NCBI GenBank assembly: GCA_022843585.1
Contig: JALHNJ010000004.1
Coordinates: 101,869 to 165,868, forward strand
Direction of reading: 5' to 3'
DNA: 64,000 bases
Origin: Chitinophagaceae bacterium
GTDB lineage: Bacteria > Bacteroidota > Bacteroidia > Chitinophagales > Chitinophagaceae
The first letter of the stretch is position 1, and each line of letters begins with the position of its first letter. The notes under the pieces were generated by a model. The model was not told the origin of the DNA. It did no database searches and saw only the letters and a list, made by a program, of their open reading frames with translations. The position numbers were made by a program, and so were the translations under genes. Positions 56,602-64,000 of the stretch are shown in pieces.

Positions 56602-57813
56602 ATGCAATTTTCGAACATTATAGGGCAATCTGCTACCAAACAACAACTGGCAGAGTTGGTACAACATAACCGCCTAAGCCATGCTTTATTGTTTTTGGGT
56701 AAAGAAGGAAGCGGAGCTTTGCCCCTGGCAATTGCTTTTGCTCAATACATCGTTTGTGAAAAAGTAAATGGAAAGAATACTGCGATCCAAGCAGGACCTT
56801 CACTTTTTGGAGAACCAGAACCTCAAACTTCAAACCCTAAACCTCAAACTGACTCATGCGGTGTTTGCTCTTCTTGCTTAAAAACACAACAACTCGTTCA
56901 TCCGGATATTCATTTTTCATATCCTACAGTTACCAAAAAGGCCGGCGAAAAACCAATTGCTACTGATTTTATTACTGAGTGGCGAGAGTTTATTAAACTA
57001 AACTCGTATGGCAATTCGTTTGATTGGATTGAACAGATAAAAGAAAAAGAAAATAGCCAGGGAAAAATAACTGCGGAAGAATGTAACGATATCATCCGAA
57101 AACTGAGTTTGAAAAGTTTTGAGAGTGAATATAAAATTCTCATTATGTGGATGCCGGAAATGCTGGGCACCGAAGGAAATAAATTATTAAAGCTGATCGA
57201 AGAGCCGCCTCCCAATACCTTGTTTATTTTAGTAACGGAAAATGATGCACAGGTTTTGCAAACCATAGTAAGTAGATGCCAACTGATCAAAGTACCATCA
57301 TTAGATACAAAAGAAATTGAAGAAGCTCTTATTAACCGCAATAAAACGGAACCGGTTATTGCCCGACAAGTAGCCAGTTTGAGTGAAGGCAATTATAGAG
57401 AAGCATTGCAGTTGGTACAACATGCTGAAGAAGATTGGCAGTCGCTGCTGCGGGAATGGCTGAATGCCATTTTAAAAACCGGGCCTGTAGCCCAAACCAA
57501 ATGGGTGGAAGAAGTAAGCAGGCTAGGTCGGGAAAAGCAAAAGCAGTTTCTCCGCTATTTTAATCATTTGCTGGAGCAGGCTATTCATTACCGGATCCGG
57601 GGTGAGCAGCTTGTAATTGCTGAAAAAGAGAAGGACTTTGCCGAAAGATTGAATAAAATAGCCGGAATTGAGCAACAACAGGCCATTATTGAAGAGATTG
57701 ATCGGGCCAGTTATTATATAGAACGCAATGCCCATGGCAAAATGCTCTTTCATGCCCTGACTATTAAACTATACCATATTATTCAGGATAAGATTGTATT
57801 TTTGGCAGATTGA
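56602..57813 (+). CDS. holB: DNA polymerase III subunit delta'
   Basis: SHALLF.G..G.G, a Cys zinc module (CGVCSSC), KILIMWMPE, and a clamp-loader C-terminal domain. The ATG is at 56602; the track start at 56593 is a TTG. Confidence 0.85.
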   Translation: MQFSNIIGQSATKQQLAELVQHNRLSHALLFLGKEGSGALPLAIAFAQYIVCEKVNGKNTAIQAGPSLFGEPEPQTSNPKPQTDSCGVCSSCLKTQQLVHPDIHFSYPTVTKKAGEKPIATDFITEWREFIKLNSYGNSFDWIEQIKEKENSQGKITAEECNDIIRKLSLKSFESEYKILIMWMPEMLGTEGNKLLKLIEEPPPNTLFILVTENDAQVLQTIVSRCQLIKVPSLDTKEIEEALINRNKTEPVIARQVASLSEGNYREALQLVQHAEEDWQSLLREWLNAILKTGPVAQTKWVEEVSRLGREKQKQFLRYFNHLLEQAIHYRIRGEQLVIAEKEKDFAERLNKIAGIEQQQAIIEEIDRASYYIERNAHGKMLFHALTIKLYHIIQDKIVFLAD

Positions 57814-58077
57814 GACTGGGCTAAGAAGTTGAAAGAGAAATGAGAGGAAGAAATTAGTCCATAAAATTTGATGAATTTATTACTTGTGTTCACGACTACT
57901 TCTACATATAAGATTGCTGCTCAACTGGTTTCTTTATTGCCGAGCAGCGAACAGAACGTACAAGAGTGCGACGCAACGAAAGCTAAATAGAATTACTAAA
58001 GCTAGGTTCATCATCTTTCCTCAACTATTAATTACTAAATTTTAACCTGCCTGTCGGCAGACAGGTTACTATTCTTC

Positions 58078-59463
58078 ATGAGTTGTACAAGTTGCAGTAC
58101 CGCTACTGGCGGTAAACCGGGTGGATGTAAGAGCAATGGCGGGTGTAGTACCGGCGGATGTAACCGTATGAATACACATGACTGGCTGCGCAACCTGCCT
58201 ATTGCAGATATGGAAAGTGCCTGCAAAGTGATTGAAGTAAGTTTTAGCCAGGGAACCCGAAAAGATTTTTTTAGAAATACGGCCCTGCAACCCTACGAAA
58301 AAGGTGACCTGATTGCTGTGGAGGGGGTAAGTGGTTTTGATGTGGGTGAAGTTTCGCTGACGGGAGAAATTGTGCGCCTGCAAATGAAGAAGCGAAATGT
58401 GAAGGAAGATAATCCCGACATGAAAAAAGTATTGCGCCGAGCTACTGACCGTGATATTGATATAAGGAATCAGAATAAAGCAAGAGAACCAGAAGCAGTA
58501 ATTCGCAGCCGTGCCATAGCCAAGCAATTGAAACTGGATATGAAAATAAGCCAGGTAGAAATGCAGGCAGATGGACGTAAAGCAACTTTCTTTTATATAG
58601 CTGATGGTCGAGTTGACTTTCGTGAATTGATTAAAGTATATGCTTCGGAATTTAAAGTGAAAGTGGAAATGCGCCAGATTGGTGCAAGACAAGAAGCCGG
58701 AAAAGTGGGTGGTATTGGTAGTTGCGGAAGAGAACTTTGTTGCAGTACATGGCTCACCGATTTTTCATCTGTAAATACTACAGCAGCCCGTTATCAGAAT
58801 TTATCGATCAATCAAACAAAGTTGAGCGGACAATGTGGCCGTTTAAAATGCTGTTTGAATTATGAATTGGATACCTATCTGGATGCGTTGCAACATTTTC
58901 CCGATAACTGTGATGTATTACAAGTGGCGAAGGGTAATGCATTTTTAGTGAAAAAAGATATTTTCAAAAACCTGATGTGGTACACATTGCCGGATAGCAA
59001 TAAACAGTATCCATTAAGTATTGAAAGGGTAAACAATATAAAATCGCTGAACCAGCAAGGTATTCGACCGGAAGAACTTGAGCCAGTTGACTTGTCTTCT
59101 AAAACAGTAGAGAAAGAACCGGAGTTTGTAGAATTGGTTGGACAGATAAGTTTAAAGAGTTTGGATAAAGCAGCGGCTGATAAAAAACGGAAGCAACATC
59201 AACAAGGTAATCAGCAACGCAATCAACAAGGAGGCAACCAACAACGTCCTTCACAAAGACAACAGGGACAAGGTGGCAACCAGCAACGGAATCAACAAGG
59301 TGGGCAGCAGCGACCGAATAATCCAAATAGAAATCAACAAGGCGGACAACAACAACGACCGAATAATCCAAATAGAAATCAACAACGGCCCAACAACCCG
59401 AACAGGAACCAGCAAGGCGGTAATCAACAACGACCGAGCAATCCTGATGGAAAGAAAGAATAG
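58078..59463 (+). CDS. PSP1 domain protein (RicT/YaaT-like) with Cys-rich N-terminus and Q/N/R-rich repeat tail
   Basis: The PSP1 C-terminal-domain pattern (KATFFYIADGRVDFRELIK, CGRELCC, GQCGRLKCCLNYE) and a position downstream of holB, as in many bacteria. The tail is low complexity (QQGGNQQRPNNPNRNQQ...). Confidence 0.85.
   Translation: MSCTSCSTATGGKPGGCKSNGGCSTGGCNRMNTHDWLRNLPIADMESACKVIEVSFSQGTRKDFFRNTALQPYEKGDLIAVEGVSGFDVGEVSLTGEIVRLQMKKRNVKEDNPDMKKVLRRATDRDIDIRNQNKAREPEAVIRSRAIAKQLKLDMKISQVEMQADGRKATFFYIADGRVDFRELIKVYASEFKVKVEMRQIGARQEAGKVGGIGSCGRELCCSTWLTDFSSVNTTAARYQNLSINQTKLSGQCGRLKCCLNYELDTYLDALQHFPDNCDVLQVAKGNAFLVKKDIFKNLMWYTLPDSNKQYPLSIERVNNIKSLNQQGIRPEELEPVDLSSKTVEKEPEFVELVGQISLKSLDKAAADKKRKQHQQGNQQRNQQGGNQQRPSQRQQGQGGNQQRNQQGGQQRPNNPNRNQQGGQQQRPNNPNRNQQRPNNPNRNQQGGNQQRPSNPDGKKE
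59311..59415 (+). repeat. In-frame tandem repeat encoding RPNNPNRNQQ three times in the PSP1 tail
   Basis: The 30-mer cgaccgaataatccaaatagaaatcaacaa occurs exactly twice (59311-59340 and 59356-59385). A third copy at 59386-59415 encodes the same decapeptide, with 9 of 10 codons changed at the synonymous third position. Confidence 0.85.
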
Positions 59464-59774
59464 CATTCTTCTTTTTCAATAACTTTTTGTCTTCTATATT
59501 ACCTGCTATAATATGGCAGGTATAGTTATGCCATTACATAAGACAATTCTCCTGTTTTCACTTATTAAACATTCTTGTAACGATATTAATAACTTCTCTT
59601 CACCTGTTCATCTCTCCCTAATAAGCTACTATCTGTAGCTATTTTTATTTTAAGCTCTATAAAGTTGTATTTCCATTATACAACTGGCAACCTCAACTAA
59701 TTTCTATTAACCAGCCTTCGGTATGAATTACCAGGTTGAACACTATACATTTTATAACCTAAACACCATTCTCT

Positions 59775-62700
59775 ATGAGAAAAATTTACTTTCTACTACT
59801 CTTTATTGTCAGTGCTGCTTATGTAGCATCTGCTGGCTTTTCAATTGATGAAAAGAAAATTGCCGGGCATCGGCTCTTTGCCTCCGATGTAATTCAACCG
59901 GCCGATGTAACGGTATGTAATGGCGCAACAACCAACACCATTGTTTTTACCAGCAATTTTCCGGGCACTACTTTCAGCTGGTCGAACAACAATACTTCTA
60001 TCGGACTGAGTGCAAACGGCAATGGAAATATTGCTGTTTTTACTGCTACCAACGCAACAACAGCACCGGTATCGGCAACCATTACTGTTACCCCTTCGGA
60101 TGGAGTAACCAATGGTACACCTGTAACATTTACTATAACAGTGAATCCAACGCCAACTGTAAATAATGTAACCAACCAATCTGTTTGCAGAAATTCAACT
60201 ACTACGGCTGTAAACTTTACAGGCTCTGTTCCTGGTACAATATATAATTGGACAAATACTAACACAGCAACAGGTTTAGCAGCTAGCGGAGCTGGAAATA
60301 TTTCAGCATTTACTGCGACAAATACTACTAACGCACCAATAACCAGTACAGTAACCGTAACTCCGCAATTTGGATCAACTCCTCCAGAATGGTTATATTA
60401 TAAATTTGATGGTGCTGGAACTTCTGTACCTAACCTTGCTAGTAACCCACCAGCAGGAACTGCGAATGCTACCATTAATGGGTTCTTAACTCAAGAAACA
60501 GCAGGGAATTGCGGAGGAAGATTAAAAGGTGCTGCAGGAAATAATTTTACGAATCATGTAAATACGGGCTGGGCTCCAAATTTTACAGGCTCATTTACCA
60601 TATCGTTTATCGCTGACGGATTTGTTTCTAATGCAGGTTTAAGTTTTCTCGCAGGATTTTTCAATTCTGGTAACCCTGCTAATAGCTTATACATAGGTTT
60701 TAATGCGGCAGTTTTTAGTATGGAGGTACAAGGGAATAAGTTTGTTGGTACTTCGCCAGTTATTAGTGGTGTGCATACGATAACTTTTGTGTATGATGCA
60801 CCGGCATTAGTGATAAGTGCTTATCTTGATGGAGTGTTGAGTAATACAACTACGCTACCACAACCATTAGTAATAAGCGGTAATGCTTTTTATGTAGGTG
60901 CTTTTGCAAACGACTTTGGTTTTAACCCAAGTTTACGTGCTGCTCAAAGTATGGATGAATTCAGAATGTACAGCAGAGCTTTAAGCCTTGCGGAAATCCA
61001 AGCCTTAGTGAATAGTTGCACCCCAGGAGTAGCTTGCGATGGTACTCCCGAAACATTCAACATCACCGTTTATCCCGACTTAGTTGTAGATGACCCAGCC
61101 GACCAAACTGTTTGTGCTGGTAGTGCAACTACATCTGTAAACTTTACTGGTACCGCTGGTGCAGTATATAATTGGACTAACAGTAACCCATCAATTGGGT
61201 TAGCAGCAAGTGGCACAGGTAATATACCATCATTTACGCCTGCGTTTAGTGGAACATCTCCTGTTACGGCAACGATAACTGTTACCCCGTCGTTCTCTGG
61301 CGGACCAGCTTGTACATCCTCCTCACAAACATTTACAATAACCGTGAACCCAATACCGGACGTAAATAATGTAGCTAATCAAACGGTGTGTAATAATGCA
61401 GCTACTGCGGCTATTAATTTTACAGGCACAGTACCTGGTACAAATTATACCTGGACGAATAGCGACCCATTAATAGGTTTACCTCCGAATGGTAGTGGAA
61501 ACATTCCATCATTCACAGCATTAAACACAACTGGTTCACCAGTTACCAGTACTATTACAGTTACACCTACATTCGGCTCAGCTGATCCGGAAATTCTATA
61601 TTACAAATTTGATGGTGCTGGTAATACTGCACCGAATTTAGCAAGCAACCCACCCTCTGGTACTGCCAATGGTACTTTTAATGGCACGATGTCTCAAGGT
61701 GGCTCGGGTACTTGTGGGGGAGCTTTGCAAAATACAGGTGGGCCATCTTCTTCAAAATATTTTAATACTGGTTGGGCTCCCAACCTTACAAATAGTTCAT
61801 GGACATTATCATTTATAGCATCTGGATTTACCAGTGCTAGTAATAATTCGTTTGTACTAGGTTGTGGATTTGATTACACACCTAATTACATGCTGGTAAC
61901 CTATAACAGTAGTAGTAATGCCGGATTTATTTTAAGAGGTTCCTCTTCCAACTTTCTTTTAAGTACACCTACTGCAGTAGGGCCGTCAAGTAAAACTGTA
62001 ACTTTTGTATATGATAGAACTGCACAACAAGTAAGGTCATATGTGGATGGAGTTCTTGCGAATACGTTAAATATTTCTATTCCTGTAGATATCATAGCTC
62101 CAAATTTTTATATTGGTAATGTAGCGGAAACTACAGGCCCTAATACAAGTTCTATAGCAGCAGGTGCCAGTTTAGATGAAGTTCGATTATACAATAGAGC
62201 ACTATCAGCTTCAGAAATTCAGGCCTTAGTGGGAAGTTGTAACAGTGGAACTACTTGTACTGGTTCTCCCGAAATATTTGGTATCACAGTTAATCCTTCA
62301 CCTATTGTCAATCCTGTAAGCAGCCAAAACGTTTGTACAGGCAGCAATACTACCGCTATCAACTTTACAGGTAATGTAGCAGGTGCTACTTACAATTGGA
62401 CAAACAGTAATCCATCAATAGGTTTAGCGGCAAGCGGCACCGGTAATATTGCATCATTCACTGCTAATAATGTGGGCACTACAACAGAAACAGCTACCAT
62501 TACGGTAACACCAATTGACCCTAACTCTTCTTGCCCAGGTACACCTGAAAGCTTTACTATTTCAGTGAGCCCGGTGCCAACTGGTACAGCTACTCCTGCA
62601 TCACAAACCGTATGCTCTGAGTCAGCTATCAGTGCCATTGCATTTGCAGGTAATGTTCCGGGTATCACCTTCGATTGGACAAGAGATAACCTGGCCTCTG

Positions 62701-64000
62701 TAACCGGCATACCCGGTGTTGGTAATGGAAATATCAGCGGCACATTGACGAACACCACCAATGCTCCTGTAACGGTTACGTTTACTGTTACACCAAGTTT
62801 GGGTGGTTGTGTAGGTACTCCGTTTACCGTAACAGTTACCGTAAATGAAAGTTTACCGGTAGCAACTGCCACACTAGCCACACAAACTATTTGTTCTGGA
62901 AATATCACTGATATTATCCTTTCCTCCACTATCAACGGTACTACATTTAACTGGACAAGAGATAACACTACATCTGTAACAGGTATAGCTGCCAGTGGCA
63001 CAGGAGATATAACTGGTACATTATTCAATACCACTACCACACCAGTTACCGTTACGTTTACTATCATCCCAACATTTAATGGATGTGATGGCACACCAAT
63101 AACAGCTACTGTATTAGTAAATGCAGTGCCAACTATTACCTGCCCGGCTAATATTGTTACGAATAATACAACCGGCGTTTGCGGTACAACAGTTAATTAC
63201 AACACTACTGTTACCGGCGCACCGGCACCCACCCTTACTTACACACTAAGCGGTGCTACCACCGGCAGCGGCAATGGAAACGGAAGTGGTTCTTTGTTTA
63301 ACGTAGGTACTACCACTGTTACCGTAACAGCTACTAATATTTGCGGCACCGCTTCTTGTTCATTTACCGTTACAGTAAATGATACAGAGAACCCAACCAT
63401 CACTTGCCCGGTGAATATTCAGGCGAATACAGATGCAGGTATTTGTGCAGGCACCGTAGCTACACCAAACCCTGTTACGGCTGATAATTGTGCTGTTACT
63501 AAACAAACATGGACACTAAGTGGTGCTACTACCGGCTCTTCTTCATTAACTGGTATAAATAATTTAGGTACAACTTTGTTCAACAAAGGTATTACTACAG
63601 TTACTTACACTATAGAAGACGCAGCTGGTAACGTAGCTACTTGTTCATATACCGTTACTGTAAGAGATTTGGAAGCACCTGTTGTAAATTGTCCTGCAAA
63701 CATTACAGTTACTACACAATTAGGTGTGTGTGTGGCAGAAGTCGCTTATAATGTTACTGCAACGGATAATTGTCCGGATGTTATTACACAACTAGTATCA
63801 GGACCTGCTAGTGGCTCAGCATTTCCTATTGGCACTACAACTGTTACATGGAGAGCAATAGACGATGCTGGGAATATTTCGGCTAACTGCTCCTTTACAG
63901 TAACAGTGCTGGATGGTCAGTTGCCAGTGGTTTCTGCACAACCAGCAAACAGAACAATATGTGCAGGAAGCAATGCAACATTTAGTGTAACAGCAACAAA
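59775..64000 (+). CDS. Giant secreted cell-surface repeat protein (PKD-like x7, LamG x2, HYR x3, continuing); 3' end beyond the window; absent from the ORF track
   Basis: The ATG at 59775 is the first start after an in-frame TAA at 59760. My manual translation is open to the window end (1,408 complete codons), and I checked the frame at 60387, 61017, 61590, 62238, 63126 and 63909. It begins with the signal peptide MRKIYFLLLFIVSAAYVASA and then carries repeated domain signatures (see findings). Confidence 0.85.
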   Translation, partial: MRKIYFLLLFIVSAAYVASAGFSIDEKKIAGHRLFASDVIQPADVTVCNGATTNTIVFTSNFPGTTFSWSNNNTSIGLSANGNGNIAVFTATNATTAPVSATITVTPSDGVTNGTPVTFTITVNPTPTVNNVTNQSVCRNSTTTAVNFTGSVPGTIYNWTNTNTATGLAASGAGNISAFTATNTTNAPITSTVTVTPQFGSTPPEWLYYKFDGAGTSVPNLASNPPAGTANATINGFLTQETAGNCGGRLKGAAGNNFTNHVNTGWAPNFTGSFTISFIADGFVSNAGLSFLAGFFNSGNPANSLYIGFNAAVFSMEVQGNKFVGTSPVISGVHTITFVYDAPALVISAYLDGVLSNTTTLPQPLVISGNAFYVGAFANDFGFNPSLRAAQSMDEFRMYSRALSLAEIQALVNSCTPGVACDGTPETFNITVYPDLVVDDPADQTVCAGSATTSVNFTGTAGAVYNWTNSNPSIGLAASGTGNIPSFTPAFSGTSPVTATITVTPSFSGGPACTSSSQTFTITVNPIPDVNNVANQTVCNNAATAAINFTGTVPGTNYTWTNSDPLIGLPPNGSGNIPSFTALNTTGSPVTSTITVTPTFGSADPEILYYKFDGAGNTAPNLASNPPSGTANGTFNGTMSQGGSGTCGGALQNTGGPSSSKYFNTGWAPNLTNSSWTLSFIASGFTSASNNSFVLGCGFDYTPNYMLVTYNSSSNAGFILRGSSSNFLLSTPTAVGPSSKTVTFVYDRTAQQVRSYVDGVLANTLNISIPVDIIAPNFYIGNVAETTGPNTSSIAAGASLDEVRLYNRALSASEIQALVGSCNSGTTCTGSPEIFGITVNPSPIVNPVSSQNVCTGSNTTAINFTGNVAGATYNWTNSNPSIGLAASGTGNIASFTANNVGTTTETATITVTPIDPNSSCPGTPESFTISVSPVPTGTATPASQTVCSESAISAIAFAGNVPGITFDWTRDNLASVTGIPGVGNGNISGTLTNTTNAPVTVTFTVTPSLGGCVGTPFTVTVTVNESLPVATATLATQTICSGNITDIILSSTINGTTFNWTRDNTTSVTGIAASGTGDITGTLFNTTTTPVTVTFTIIPTFNGCDGTPITATVLVNAVPTITCPANIVTNNTTGVCGTTVNYNTTVTGAPAPTLTYTLSGATTGSGNGNGSGSLFNVGTTTVTVTATNICGTASCSFTVTVNDTENPTITCPVNIQANTDAGICAGTVATPNPVTADNCAVTKQTWTLSGATTGSSSLTGINNLGTTLFNKGITTVTYTIEDAAGNVATCSYTVTVRDLEAPVVNCPANITVTTQLGVCVAEVAYNVTATDNCPDVITQLVSGPASGSAFPIGTTTVTWRAIDDAGNISANCSFTVTVLDGQLPVVSAQPANRTICAGSNATFSVTAT
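59895..61019 (+). repeat. Module 1 of the internal duplication (two PKD-like repeats plus a LamG domain), aa 41-415
   Basis: PADVTVCNG...NFPGTTFSWSNNN.SIGL; NQSVCRN...NFTGSVPGTIYNWTNTN; then EWLYYKFDGAG...MDEFRMYSRALSLAEIQALVNSC. Confidence 0.8.
61089..62240 (+). repeat. Module 2 of the internal duplication (two PKD-like repeats plus a LamG domain), aa 439-822
   Basis: PADQTVCAGS...NFTGTAGAVYNWTNSNPSIGL; NQTVCNN...NFTGTVPGTNYTWTNSDPLIGL; then EILYYKFDGAG...LDEVRLYNRALSASEIQALVGSC. It is colinear with module 1. Confidence 0.8.
63126..63914 (+). repeat. Three tandem HYR (hyalin repeat) domains within the giant ORF
   Basis: Each ~85-aa unit starts P.(I/V).CP.NI, has an early Cys (GVCG / GICAG / GVCVA), DNC in units 2 and 3, G(T/I)TTVT(V/Y/W) and (C)S(F/Y)TVTV.D at its end. 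Confidence 0.8.

Noticed and set aside
59500-59522. A 7-bp hairpin (tacctgc/gcaggta) after the PSP1 gene and a 6-bp hairpin plus T-run at 59624-59651, considered as terminators or regulatory structures in the 311-bp leader of the giant ORF.
   Set aside because: The stems are short, the first lacks a T-tract, and there is no supporting conservation evidence. I noted them but did not annotate them.
59841-63094. Four - strand track ORFs (59841..60179, 59894..60265, 61901..62095, 62390..63094) in the region the track otherwise leaves empty.
   Set aside because: They are antisense shadows of the long open + strand frame starting at 59775. Their translations are Val/Thr/Gly-rich mirrors of the repeat protein and have no start or stop context of their own.
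1-64000. A search for a mobile element, prophage, CRISPR array, tRNA or rRNA gene, toxin-antitoxin pair or defence island that might constitute a novel system.
   Set aside because: I saw no integrase, transposase or recombinase motifs, no direct-repeat/spacer arrays, no tRNA-like cloverleaf sequences in any intergenic gap, no abrupt change in composition across multi-gene blocks, and no nuclease, ATPase or NTPase gene clusters of unknown function. The gene content is syntenic housekeeping, so I do not claim a new system beyond the individual observations listed.

Overview
This 64-kb window looks like an ordinary chromosomal segment of a Bacteroidota genome, probably Chitinophagia or Sphingobacteriia. 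The assignment rests on a SusC/SusD pair, gldD-gldE-ssb-mutY synteny, TAnnTTTG -7 promoter motifs, A-rich leaders without Shine-Dalgarno sequences, and a giant PKD-like/HYR surface protein. About 55 protein genes are densely packed, and most are housekeeping genes: gatB, alaS, ftsH, rsfS, birA, bcp, carB, purH, lpxH, ssb, mutY, HU, an RNase E/G family gene, radA, comF, comEC, holB and gpx. The rest are envelope and redox proteins plus several lipoproteins of unknown function. I found no rRNA, tRNA, CRISPR array, transposase, integrase, prophage or recognisable defence island. I cannot honestly point to a clearly novel multi-gene system. The most notable item is a very large + strand ORF at 59775..>64000 that is missing from the supplied ORF track because it has no stop codon inside the window. 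It encodes a secreted repeat protein with seven PKD-like repeats, two LamG domains and three HYR domains, and it contains an internal ~400-aa module duplication. Lesser items: a 31-aa Lys/Arg-rich bS22-like ORF with a strong terminator; a GC-rich CCCCTAAAG / CTTTAGGGG motif found only in intergenic DNA; an orphan terminator in a 478-bp AT-rich spacer upstream of radA; a PSP1/RicT homologue with a recoded Q/N/R-rich repeat tail; lutC- and lutB-like genes 18 kb apart with no lutA; and two -7 promoter motifs placed close enough to the ATG to imply near-leaderless mRNAs. Several track ORFs have over-extended N-termini, and many are antisense shadows of real genes.
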